A stretch of DNA of 64,000 nt from a bacterium (GTDB lineage Bacteria; Bacteroidota; Ignavibacteria; UBA10030), in assembly GCA_043803945.1 (NCBI GenBank), contig JAZDJN010000101.1:12790-76789 (forward strand), given 5' to 3'. Position numbers and translations under genes: made by a program. Of the stretch, positions 27,779 to 37,098 are shown in pieces. Under the pieces are notes generated by a model, which was given only the letters and a program-made list of their open reading frames with translations, searched no databases and was not told where the DNA came from. How positions within the stretch are numbered: the first letter of the stretch is position 1; every line of letters starts with the position of its first letter.

Positions 27779-30700
27779 TCATACTGTAAAATAGCGTGCT
27801 TCCGGATGATGCACAATTATAGCTGATGTGGATTGTTCAGGTTCCATCTGATACCCTTCTGTCAGCGAGACCTCTATCCGCTCTGGTGTAAGCAACTGAA
27901 AAAGTTTAACCTGATCTTCGAGTTTCGGGCATGCCGGGTAACCGAAACTATACCGCGATCCCTGATAGCCCTGACTGAACAGTTTTTTAATTTCCTTTGC
28001 ATCACGATCGGCAACGCCCAGTTCTACGCGGATACGCTTATGCCAATACTCCGCCAGCGCCTCCGTAGTTTCAACGCTTAACCCATGGAAATACAGATAA
28101 TCCTTGTAATTATTCTGGGCATATAAATGAGCAGAGTGTTCGCTCGCCTTCCTTCCAACAGTGACAACGTGGCAGGCAAGAACATCGTACCTCCCTGAAT
28201 CCGTGGAAGCAAAGAAGTCGGCAATGCAGAGGCGTTTGCCTGACGATTGCCTAGGGAATGCAAAGCGAATAGGCGCTGAGAGATTCTTATCCGGGATTGA
28301 GGGATCAAAGCCGGGCAAAGGTTGATACACAATCAGATCATCACCAGATGATTGACAAGGGAAGTAACCATAGACTACCCTGGGTTCAAGCAAGTACTGT
28401 TGTTGCGCCTGCGCTTTCAGGAATTCGAAATCGGGATAGACCTGTTTCTTCAGAAGCTGCTGATAAGCCTCTGCACTCATCGTTCCCCGGACAACTCTCC
28501 ATTGCCCCCGGATCAGTGCTACTTCATTGATGAAGGGATAGAGCTCCTGAAGATCGAGATTGGTGACGACCTTCGATCCCCAGAATGGAGGCTGCGGTAT
28601 CTGATGATCATGCCGGATTGTGATGGTGTGACTTTGATAAGTTAAAGAGATCTCAGGCTCCTGCTGAAGGCTCATTGCAATTTTTGCTTCTGATCCTGTC
28701 AGCGTCTCTTCATCCACAGATTCCTGGAGTGCGGCAGCATCACCCTGCCCGGATTTAATCTGTTCGAGTAATCGGAGGCCATCAAAGGCGTCATTTGCAT
28801 AGTAGACTCTTCCCTTATAGAGCGGGCGTAGATCAGATTCGACATAGCGGCGTGTGAGGGCAGCACCGCCGAGAATGACCGGTATGGTCAGGCCCCTCTC
28901 ATTCATCACTTCCAGATTTTCCTTCATGATGAGTGTCGATTTGACTAAGAGTCCGCTCATACCGATTGCATCGGCTCGACGCTCCTGAGCTGCATGCAAC
29001 ATTGTTTCGACAGTGCATTTAATGCCAAGGTTGATGACCGTGTAGCCATTATTCGTCAAGATGATATCGACCAAATTCTTTCCGATGTCATGCACATCGC
29101 CCTTAACCGTCGCAAGTACCAACACTCCCTTGCCGCTCCCTTCAGTTTTTTCCATAAAAGTCTCCAGATGAGCAACGGCCGTTTTCATGGCTTCCGCAGC
29201 CTGCAGGACAAATGGCAGTTGCATCTGTCCCGAACCGAAGAGTTCGCCCACCCTCTTCATACCCCCAAGGAGGATGGTATTGATGATTTCGAGGGGTGTG
29301 TATGTTTTCAATGCCTCATCAAGATCACGCTGGATACCCGCCTTGTTGCCATCGATAATGCGATTTGTTAATCGTTCTTCCAATGGAGCAACTGCCGATG
29401 CTTCTTGATACTCCACTTCCTGCTTTTGTACTGCACCATACGTGATGAGTTCAGTCAGCGGATCGTAGACCAGCGTCCGATTTTCTTGTTCTCCTTCATA
29501 GCGGCGCTTATCGTAAATAAGATCGCTGCAGATCGACCGCAGCTGTTCATCGAGTTTGAACAGGGGAAGTATCTTGGATGCATGGACGATCGCCATATCG
29601 AGCCCGGCTTCCACCGCGTAATGCAGAAAGACACTATTCACGGCATGCCGCGCACGCGGTGCCAATCCGAAGGAGATGTTACTGACACCCAGCAGCGTTT
29701 GGACTTCGGGGAATTCCTGTTTGACTCTCCGGATAGCCTCGATCGTATCAGCTCCGGCATGGCGGAACTCCTCATCACCGGAGCCTAGGGTGAAGGTGAG
29801 CATATCGAAAATCAAGTCATGCGGCCGCATCCCGAATCGGCGCACGGCGAGATCATAGATTCTCCGTGCAACCTCAAGTTTTTTCTCGATCGTTTTCGCC
29901 ATTCCCTGCTCATCGATTACGAGCGCAATCACCGCAGCGCCATAGCGTTTGCAGAGATGGACAATTCGCTCCAGCCGTGCTTCCCCGTCTTCAAGATTAA
30001 TCGAATTGACGATAGCTTTTCCACTCACGCGCTGGAGCGCCTCTTCGAGGACATTCACCTCAGTAGAATCGATGACTAACGGGATGGAGACCTGCGTATT
30101 AAATCGCGGAACCAGTTCCCTCACATCCGCTGCCTCGTTGCGGCCAACGTAAGCGACACAGAGATCCACCATATGCGCCTGTTCTTTTGCCTGTTCACGC
30201 CCCATCGCCACCATGGACTCCCAATCCTCACGGGCAAGAAGATCGCGGAACAGCTTGCTGCCATTGGCGTTCGTTCTCTCACCCACGAGCGTAGGAGCCG
30301 GTTTAGTTCTATAGGGAACCGCCTGATAGAGGCTGGATGCCGCTGGGACAAACTCGATCGAGCGCGGCCTTGGAGCAAGATTCCCAACAGCATCGACAAG
30401 CTTTTTAAGGTGGCTCTTCGTCGTTCCGCAGCATCCGCCGACCGCCTGAACGCCAAGATCTTTTACGAAGTGGGAGAGATACTCAACAAATTCCTCAGGA
30501 GAGAGGTGGTAATGCGCTTGTCCTCCAACATTTTCCGGAAGACCGGCATTGGGCATGACGAACAATGGCATTGGGCTGGAGGAAGCAAGTGCGTGGATAT
30601 GCTCCGACATCTCCTTTGGCCCTGTGGCGCAATTCATGCCAAACAGATCGATATCGAACGGTTCAAGCGAAGTCAAGGCTGCAATGATTTCAGTCCCAAG

Positions 30701-31315
30701 CAACATGGTCCCGGTCGATTCAATCGTGACGGAGACACTCACCGGTACTTTCTTCTTGAGATCGCGAAAGCAATCGGTGATTCCGCAAAGTGCGGCTTTT
30801 GCCTGAAGAATATCCTGGCAGGTTTCCACCGAAAGCAGATCAACACCGCCTTCGAGCAAACCTTTCGCCTGAACATAATAGGAATTCAGCATATCGGGAA
30901 ACGCGATGTGTCCTAATGTGGGCAGCTTCGTTGTAGGCCCGAGTGACCCTGCCACAAACCGCTGATGGCCTGACTGGGAAAAATCCGCCGCAACGCGCCT
31001 GGCAATTTGTGCTGCCTTGTAGTTCAGTTCATACGCACGATCCTGGAGGTTATATTCGGCGAGCACAATGGACGCACCGCCAAAGGTGTCAGTCTCGATA
31101 ACATCGCATCCCGCGTCAAGGTAATCGGCATGGACATTTTCGACAGCGCTCGGTTTGGCAATGACGAGGTACTCATTGCACCCGTTGTATTCTTCTCCTC
31201 CAAAATCATCGGCCGTTAAGCCCTGGCTTTGCAAATGTGTTCCAGTTGCACCGTCGAACACCATGATTTTTTCTTTGAGAACATCGAGAAATGATTTTTC
31301 CAACGCGAATCTCAT
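27779..31315 (-). CDS. metH: B12-dependent methionine synthase
   Basis: DGATGT, NCATGP, GGCCGT, GERTNANGSK, GDVHDIGKNLV and RYSFGYPACP; start placed downstream of the riboswitch terminator (ATG 31315 or TTG 31303). Confidence 0.97.
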   Translation of the reverse strand: MRFALEKSFLDVLKEKIMVFDGATGTHLQSQGLTADDFGGEEYNGCNEYLVIAKPSAVENVHADYLDAGCDVIETDTFGGASIVLAEYNLQDRAYELNYKAAQIARRVAADFSQSGHQRFVAGSLGPTTKLPTLGHIAFPDMLNSYYVQAKGLLEGGVDLLSVETCQDILQAKAALCGITDCFRDLKKKVPVSVSVTIESTGTMLLGTEIIAALTSLEPFDIDLFGMNCATGPKEMSEHIHALASSSPMPLFVMPNAGLPENVGGQAHYHLSPEEFVEYLSHFVKDLGVQAVGGCCGTTKSHLKKLVDAVGNLAPRPRSIEFVPAASSLYQAVPYRTKPAPTLVGERTNANGSKLFRDLLAREDWESMVAMGREQAKEQAHMVDLCVAYVGRNEAADVRELVPRFNTQVSIPLVIDSTEVNVLEEALQRVSGKAIVNSINLEDGEARLERIVHLCKRYGAAVIALVIDEQGMAKTIEKKLEVARRIYDLAVRRFGMRPHDLIFDMLTFTLGSGDEEFRHAGADTIEAIRRVKQEFPEVQTLLGVSNISFGLAPRARHAVNSVFLHYAVEAGLDMAIVHASKILPLFKLDEQLRSICSDLIYDKRRYEGEQENRTLVYDPLTELITYGAVQKQEVEYQEASAVAPLEERLTNRIIDGNKAGIQRDLDEALKTYTPLEIINTILLGGMKRVGELFGSGQMQLPFVLQAAEAMKTAVAHLETFMEKTEGSGKGVLVLATVKGDVHDIGKNLVDIILTNNGYTVINLGIKCTVETMLHAAQERRADAIGMSGLLVKSTLIMKENLEVMNERGLTIPVILGGAALTRRYVESDLRPLYKGRVYYANDAFDGLRLLEQIKSGQGDAAALQESVDEETLTGSEAKIAMSLQQEPEISLTYQSHTITIRHDHQIPQPPFWGSKVVTNLDLQELYPFINEVALIRGQWRVVRGTMSAEAYQQLLKKQVYPDFEFLKAQAQQQYLLEPRVVYGYFPCQSSGDDLIVYQPLPGFDPSIPDKNLSAPIRFAFPRQSSGKRLCIADFFASTDSGRYDVLACHVVTVGRKASEHSAHLYAQNNYKDYLYFHGLSVETTEALAEYWHKRIRVELGVADRDAKEIKKLFSQGYQGSRYSFGYPACPKLEDQVKLFQLLTPERIEVSLTEGYQMEPEQSTSAIIVHHPEARYFTV

Positions 31316-31349
31316 CCTTCTGATTGATCGATTATGCTCCGAGCACCCT

Positions 31350-31385
31350 AAAACAAAAAACCCCAACTCTCAGCGCTGGGGGGAA
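31350..31385 (-). terminator. Intrinsic terminator in the metH leader
   Basis: Minus strand ccccagc-gctgaga-gttgggg followed by ttttttgtttt. Confidence 0.75.
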
Positions 31386-31400
31386 TAGCTCTTCATCCAA

Positions 31401-31450
31401 CGCTTTAGCACTTTGTCATGTGGCTGCAAGCTGTCTTTCAAATCACCACA
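31401..31450 (-). ncRNA. SAM-II (SAM-alpha type) riboswitch aptamer
   Basis: Minus strand TGTGGTGATTTG-AAAGACAGC-TTGCAGCCACA-TGACAAAGT-GCTAAAG fits the SAM-II pattern GUGGUGAUUU..UUGCAGCCAC..GCUAAA and lies upstream of metH. Confidence 0.85.
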
Positions 31451-31602
31451 GTGTAACATAAGAAAGAATGGTACGAACTGCAAGGCGTTGGTTCTGCTGA
31501 ATTATTGAGTGAACACCACGTCATGAAGCGAAGGACATCCATGGCGAGAGGAAAAGCTTAGACAGAAGGAGCAATGGACTGATGCGGCAGAGAACCGACT
31601 CC

Positions 31603-32634
31603 TTATGAGGGAGTCAGGATAATCTTCCCAAACTGCTTTCCTGCTTCGACAATCTCGTGCGCTTCACGTACGGCATCAAGCGGCAGTACCCGATCGATGA
31701 CAGCTCTGAGTTTCCCCTGCTCTACAAATTTCAGGATGGAGACCAGATCTCCTTTCCGTCCCATGGTTGAACCTATGATCTGGAGCTGCTTATAAAAAAT
31801 ATAGCGCAAATCCGTTTTTGCCTCATAACCGGATGTGGCGCCGCACGTAATGAGCTTGCCTCCCTTTGCAAGCGATTTGATACTCTCCTCCCAGACTGCC
31901 TGCCCTACATGATCAATGATGACATCCACGCCGCGCTTGTCTGTGAGTTTTCGAATTTCCTGACCTACATGTTGATGCGTGTAAAGGATGACGTGATCCG
32001 CCCCGAGCATGAGAGTCTTTTTTGCTTTCTCCTCTGTGCTGGTTGTGGCAATCACCCTGGCACCGAATAATTTTGTAATCTGCACTGCCGCACTTCCAAC
32101 TCCACTGCCTGAGCCGACGACGAGCACATCCTGCCCGGGTTTCACATGGGCTTTCTCCACAATCATCTGCCACGCGGTGAGAAATACTAATCCGATCGCC
32201 GCTGCTTGCTCAAACGAGATCGCTGTGCTCAATGGTATCACATTCTTCCCGGGTACAGAGAGATACTCTGCATCGGCTCCATCCCGATGCTCGCCGATCA
32301 GGATATAGTCTTTGCACAAATTATCGTCGCCGTTGAGGCAATCCGCGCAGTGCCCACACGAGATCCCCTGAGCCACGATCACACGGTCACCCGTTTGCAC
32401 ATGGCGGACCGCAGCGCCTGTTTCAGCGACAATGCCTGCGGCATCCACGCCAGGGATCATCGGCAGCGGGATCTTTACACCAGGTAATCCCCGCCGGACC
32501 CAGAGATCCATGTGGTTGATGGACGTTGCCTTAACGTTGACGAGAACCTCGTCCGGTCGAATGGTTGGAGTGGGAATTTGTTCCAGGAGTAACTTCTCAA
32601 TGCCGCCATGCTCATGAATGCGAACGCATTTCAT
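31603..32634 (-). CDS. Zinc-binding medium-chain dehydrogenase / quinone oxidoreductase
   Basis: CGHCADC..C structural Zn site, GSGSGVG and CGATSG motifs. Confidence 0.92.
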   Translation of the reverse strand: MKCVRIHEHGGIEKLLLEQIPTPTIRPDEVLVNVKATSINHMDLWVRRGLPGVKIPLPMIPGVDAAGIVAETGAAVRHVQTGDRVIVAQGISCGHCADCLNGDDNLCKDYILIGEHRDGADAEYLSVPGKNVIPLSTAISFEQAAAIGLVFLTAWQMIVEKAHVKPGQDVLVVGSGSGVGSAAVQITKLFGARVIATTSTEEKAKKTLMLGADHVILYTHQHVGQEIRKLTDKRGVDVIIDHVGQAVWEESIKSLAKGGKLITCGATSGYEAKTDLRYIFYKQLQIIGSTMGRKGDLVSILKFVEQGKLRAVIDRVLPLDAVREAHEIVEAGKQFGKIILTPS

Positions 32635-32730
32635 CAGAGAATTCCTTCATAGTATTGCGGAAAAAGTATCTAAAATTGGAGGCAAACTCAAGGGAGGGGG
32701 GAATTCTGACTTGCCACCTCACATTCCATA

Positions 32731-33100
32731 AGTTCCCCGAGTGTCCGACTCGATTCAATGAATCGAGTCGAGACCTCGACGGATTCGGGGCTTCTGTCGG
32801 CTTGCCCCGACCTGTCCCGACTTGTCCCGATGCTTTATATCGGGATGCTTTATATCGGGATGCTTTTTATCGGGGGGATCTACTATGCACTACCTTTTCG
32901 CAGATCCCAAACAAAGACATTTTGGGATCACTGGCTCTTTTCTATCTGCTACCCAATACTCGATGAGTTCCCCGAGTGCCTGCCCCGAATTCTTTTTTCG
33001 GGGCTTCTGTCGGCTTGCCCCGACCTGTCCCGACTTGTCCCGACGTTTTATGTCGGGATGATCTATATCGGGATGCTTTTTATCGGGGGGATCTATCATG
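32731..33100. repeat. BIME/REPIN-like hairpin array, left of the GIY-YIG gene, with triple self-nested 25-nt elements
   Basis: Units gttccccgagtg..gtcggggatct and agatcccaaacaaagaca.tttgggatc; nested blocks at 32801-32875 and 33014-33088. Confidence 0.9.
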
Positions 33101-33216
33101 CGGATCAATGGTATAATTATGCTAACAACTCATGCCTTGAAATTAACTATCCCGTTTCATACTATTCACCACCAATCATTCGATATCCTCATCGCACCGA
33201 AAATCCAACAGGGGGT

Positions 33217-33512
33217 ATGCTATCAGCAAAGGATACTTCTACATTGTTTCAAACTACACAAGCACAACTCTCTATTGCGGATCCACTGTTGATCTTGACT
33301 CAAGGATCCGCCAGCACCGATCCGGTGAGGGAAGCAAATTCTCAGCAAAATATAACTGCAAATATCTTTTATACTATGAAGAATATGATACTCTCGAAGA
33401 GGCCCTCCTACGCGAAAAGAGGGTAAAGCGCTGGAACCGTGAGTGGAAAATGCGCTTGATCAAATCGATCAATCCAGATTTAGAAGACCTTTGGGAAAAA
33501 GAATGGCTATAG
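33217..33512 (+). pseudogene. GIY-YIG nuclease (stand-alone, ~98 aa) with a 1-nt frameshift after the start
   Basis: Missed by the ORF track. The frame from 33228 reads KGYFYIVSNYTSTTLYCGSTVDLDSRIRQHRSGEGSKFSAKYNCKYLLYYEEY...REKRVKRWNREWKMRLIKSINPDLEDL and has no in-frame ATG/GTG/TTG upstream; ATG 33217 joins if one A is added in gcaaagga. Confidence 0.85.
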
Positions 33513-33520
33513 CACAAACA

Positions 33521-33920
33521 AGTGTTCCCCGAGTGCCTTAGTCGGGGATCTATCATGCAGTGTAGTTCATTGGCCATTTGGCAGATCCCAAACAAAGACA
33601 CTTTGGGATCGCTGGCTCTTTTCTATCTACTACCCAACACTCGATGAGTTCCCCGAGCGCCTTAGTCGGGGATCTATCATGCAGTGGAGTTCATTGGCCA
33701 TTTGACAGATCCCAAACAAAGACATTTTGGGATCGCTGGCTCTTTTCTATCTGCTACCCAACACTCGATGAGTTCCCCGAGTGCCTGCCCCGAATTCTTT
33801 TTCGAGGCTTCTGTCGGCTTGCCCCGACCTGTCCCGACTTGTCCCGACGTTTTATATCGGGATGCTTTATATCGGGATGCTTTGTATCGGGGGGATCTAT
33901 CATGCAGTGTAGTTCAATGC
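33521..33920. repeat. BIME/REPIN-like hairpin array, right of the GIY-YIG gene (~125-bp tandem units)
   Basis: gttccccgag(t/c)gccttagtcggggatctatcatgcagt...cagatcccaaacaaagaca.tttgggatcgctggctcttttctatct.ctacccaacactcgatga occurs twice, then a third copy carries the nested block at 33818-33892. Confidence 0.92.
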
Positions 33921-33985
33921 TGTTTGATTTTTTTCTAAATCGGTTTTAAGGAAAGTTCCAGACCAAAGAGGTGTGGATTGGTAAT

Positions 33986-36900
33986 TTACTTCGCTTCTGA
34001 GAGGCCGAAGAGATCCTGGTCGAATTTGAAGCTGAGGGAGACGAATGGGCCTTTGCTCCAGAGGGAATAGTCAATAAGATCCTGCTCTTTATAGCCCTTG
34101 AAGTTGTAGCCGGTGGTGAGGCGCAGATTCTTTGCAACGGCGTAGCCAAGCTCTACACTGTACCCGTTCAGCAGGTCATTCGCTTCAATCTGATGCAAGC
34201 CGCGATATTCTGCTCCGACACTCCAGGCCTCGCTGATGTTATAGTTGGCGTGGATGAGTCCAAAGAATGTATGACTGCTCGAGGCAAACGTTGGCGATTC
34301 TTCATCTGAAAGTTTGAATGCCGTTTTAATTGCGAGTTCGAATCTCCGTACCGGTTCAGTATATGCATGGAGTGAAAAGATCGTGGCCGAATTATCAATG
34401 TAGGGCTGGAGGTAGCGATTTGCATCGCCCTTGATCTCAAACTTCGCGATGGCATTGAAATCGTTCGACTCGGTCGGGCGATAGGCAAGCCCGGTAATCA
34501 AATGAGAGAGTTTCCGGTAGCCTGAGGACTTCGTCGAGATGTCATTAGCCAGCCGATATTTAAAGATGAAACCAAAATCGTTATGGAAGCGGTAATCGCT
34601 TGCTATAAAATAATTAATTTTTCGACTGATATAATCGTTAGCGAACTCAACCTTTGCACTTGCCTTCACTGCGGACTTCGGCAAATATTCCAAACCGCCG
34701 GAGATTGCATAATGATCCTGCGTGCCGATCTCACCGACACGCTTAATAAAGCTCTTCGCTTGCTCGAAACTTGCATTGCCGGAAAGGTCATCGGTGATTT
34801 TCACGGTATTCCTCAAACCAATGCTTCCCATATTGCGCTCGCCGGAGATCAAATTCCCGATCTCATATTTTGCAAAAACCTCTGTACCCTGGAATACTGT
34901 CGATTTAATATTAACACCGGTCAGAGAGCCGCCGCCTTCAACAAATTTATGCTGGCCGGCGATGGAAATCGATTGAATCGGTCTGTACTCCGCGATGACT
35001 GACGTGCCGTTGGGCCGTGCAAGATCCTGTTCCGATGCCAGGTTTCGTTCATGCTCGAGGCCAACACTGAAGCGGTTGGAAATCTGGAATGCGGAAGTCA
35101 GCGCTGCGAGCGAAGAGTGCGTTGCATCTTTCACTGTCGTCGAGTCAAGTGTCTTCGATTGGAGATCCTCAAAGCGGAACTTCCCCGTCCACCAGTCTGT
35201 CACCTTTGCCTCGAATGCCCCGAGCAGAGAGGTCCACTCCATCTTGCCCATAGGAAGATTTTGCGAAGCTTGATAATATTCCGTATGGATCTTGGTACCT
35301 TTGGAGATCTCGTAGGCACCCGTCAGGCCATATTTTTGAGAACCGAGTTCACGCCGTCCACCCGACTGGGTAATATTAAAGAATCCCACATCGACATTGC
35401 GATAGTACCCTTTAAGATTCAATCCTGTCGCGAGCATGGCATTCGATTCAACCTTATAGGCAATCCCGCTGCCATTGATGTTTGATGACTGGCCGAACTC
35501 GCTGAGAATGGAAAACTGGTCGTTGACCTGCAGTTTTGCATCAACTCCGAAGAGATAATAGTTCTTGGGTTCCTGTTGTTCTGTGATGCCGGTGAGTCCG
35601 ACGTGGATACTCTTCCCAAAATTTCGTTCAACCCGGCCGCCGGCAACATAGGAGCTTGCACCGTAGGTTTTCGCTTCGAAATGCACAACGATAAAGATGG
35701 GATTACCGGCAACATCGATGGCAGGCATCGGCTGTTTGAAGAAGAGCGAACCCTGTTCATAGTCGATGTCATAATCCTGGAATCGTGTCATCAGATCCCG
35801 CCTGATGAGAACCTCGGAGTGGAACCGGTCGCGTGTCTCAATCGTCACCTGCTCGGAGCCGGGAGTGATGGTGGTGTATCCAAGGAAATAGAAGCCGGAA
35901 ATCCCTTCCCCCCTCTTCTCGACCTGAACCTGCTTACGATCCGTGAGAGATCCGAAGCCACCGACCTTCCACTCATCATCCTGTAGGTTTGCTTTCACAC
36001 CATTCAGGGTTCTGTTATAAGCGGTAAATTCCTGTTTCGTGAGATCAGAGGTAAAGTCACCCAGGTGGATGTAGCTCATGTTCTTTTCGATCTTCGCGAA
36101 GAAGTTCCGATTCGTCTGTGCATCGTAGAAAAGCATGCTATTATCGCCATAGATCGTATAGAGATAATCGGGATCGACCTGGCGGAAGAACTTCGAATTA
36201 TCCCGACGATCGGTGTCCACTGACAACTGAAGCAGATAACCATCGCCGACGGTTCCACGGGCGTAGGCTGCCAGCCGTCCATGACGATTGAACTTCTCCG
36301 GGTAGGCATCGAACGGTGTTACACCGGTCTTGTCACCTTTGGCCTCGTAGTATCCTCCCGTGCCGGTGGCAAGACCAACAAGTGAAAATTGCTCTATCGG
36401 CGTTGTCAAAAGCAGATCTGAGCTTGCTTCTAAGTCGGAATATTTTGCTCTAAACACGATCATCCGGGGTGATGATCCCGCTTGAAACTCAAAGTGTGCT
36501 TCCCCTTTGACCAAATGCAACTGCAATCCTGGAGCATTAGGATCAAGATCCTTCGCAATAAGGATTCCACCGCTGTCCGCAGCCAATGTGACATTGATAT
36601 CCCGATCGATTTGAGCATTCCACCTATCATACATCAGCACAAGTCCATTGATTTTCGATTTTCCATCTGCACTTATGCTATTTTTTTCGAATTGGATTTG
36701 AAGCTCGACCGGTGAACCAAAGATGTGAATGTTTCGAATTTGAGATGCTACGTATTGACCAGTCCCTTCATAAAGCTTCAGTTCATATTGGACGGGACCT
36801 TCAGGAACGGTAACACCGATGAACTCTAACGCGCCATCAATTCTCACCTCAGACTTTTGTACGATTTTACCGTTGACCAAAAGAGAGGCAAAATGCCCAA

Positions 36901-37090
36901 TAGGAGCGGTTGCTATGACAGCTTGACTTCGAACATCACTTTTCAAACTATCTGGCGGATACGTGATAACGAATTGACTAAACGTCATAGGAGCGATTGT
37001 ACACAGCGCAACCAGGACAAAGAGAATTCTTACAACATCTCTTTGTCTGCTGGTGACCCAATTGCTATATGTATGGCTATGCGCTTGCAC
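33986..37090 (-). CDS. Predicted large outer-membrane beta-barrel protein with N-terminal Ig-like domains (putative usher-like translocator)
   Basis: Signal peptide; Ig-like start (ISADGKS..); core GRLAAYARG..YTIYGDNS..YNRTLNG..DYDIDYEQGSLFFKQP; about 500 aa of alternating amphipathic strands ending GPFVSLSFKFD. Confidence 0.75.
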   Translation of the reverse strand: MQAHSHTYSNWVTSRQRDVVRILFVLVALCTIAPMTFSQFVITYPPDSLKSDVRSQAVIATAPIGHFASLLVNGKIVQKSEVRIDGALEFIGVTVPEGPVQYELKLYEGTGQYVASQIRNIHIFGSPVELQIQFEKNSISADGKSKINGLVLMYDRWNAQIDRDINVTLAADSGGILIAKDLDPNAPGLQLHLVKGEAHFEFQAGSSPRMIVFRAKYSDLEASSDLLLTTPIEQFSLVGLATGTGGYYEAKGDKTGVTPFDAYPEKFNRHGRLAAYARGTVGDGYLLQLSVDTDRRDNSKFFRQVDPDYLYTIYGDNSMLFYDAQTNRNFFAKIEKNMSYIHLGDFTSDLTKQEFTAYNRTLNGVKANLQDDEWKVGGFGSLTDRKQVQVEKRGEGISGFYFLGYTTITPGSEQVTIETRDRFHSEVLIRRDLMTRFQDYDIDYEQGSLFFKQPMPAIDVAGNPIFIVVHFEAKTYGASSYVAGGRVERNFGKSIHVGLTGITEQQEPKNYYLFGVDAKLQVNDQFSILSEFGQSSNINGSGIAYKVESNAMLATGLNLKGYYRNVDVGFFNITQSGGRRELGSQKYGLTGAYEISKGTKIHTEYYQASQNLPMGKMEWTSLLGAFEAKVTDWWTGKFRFEDLQSKTLDSTTVKDATHSSLAALTSAFQISNRFSVGLEHERNLASEQDLARPNGTSVIAEYRPIQSISIAGQHKFVEGGGSLTGVNIKSTVFQGTEVFAKYEIGNLISGERNMGSIGLRNTVKITDDLSGNASFEQAKSFIKRVGEIGTQDHYAISGGLEYLPKSAVKASAKVEFANDYISRKINYFIASDYRFHNDFGFIFKYRLANDISTKSSGYRKLSHLITGLAYRPTESNDFNAIAKFEIKGDANRYLQPYIDNSATIFSLHAYTEPVRRFELAIKTAFKLSDEESPTFASSSHTFFGLIHANYNISEAWSVGAEYRGLHQIEANDLLNGYSVELGYAVAKNLRLTTGYNFKGYKEQDLIDYSLWSKGPFVSLSFKFDQDLFGLSEAK

Positions 37091-37098
37091 GTTTGCTA

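Noticed and set aside
31316-31366. Long metH start at 31366
   Set aside because: It begins inside the riboswitch terminator.
33217-33240. Programmed -1 frameshift for the GIY-YIG gene
   Set aside because: No canonical X-XXY-YYZ slippery heptamer; a simple 1-nt deletion or sequencing error is more likely.
32731-33920. CRISPR array
   Set aside because: The sequences between hairpins are themselves repeated, the units alternate in orientation and there are no cas genes.
32758-33949. ORFs 32758..33426, 32822..33061, 33578..33949 and 33684..33938 with repeated peptides
   Set aside because: They are translations of the palindromic array; the real coding signal is the GIY-YIG frame.
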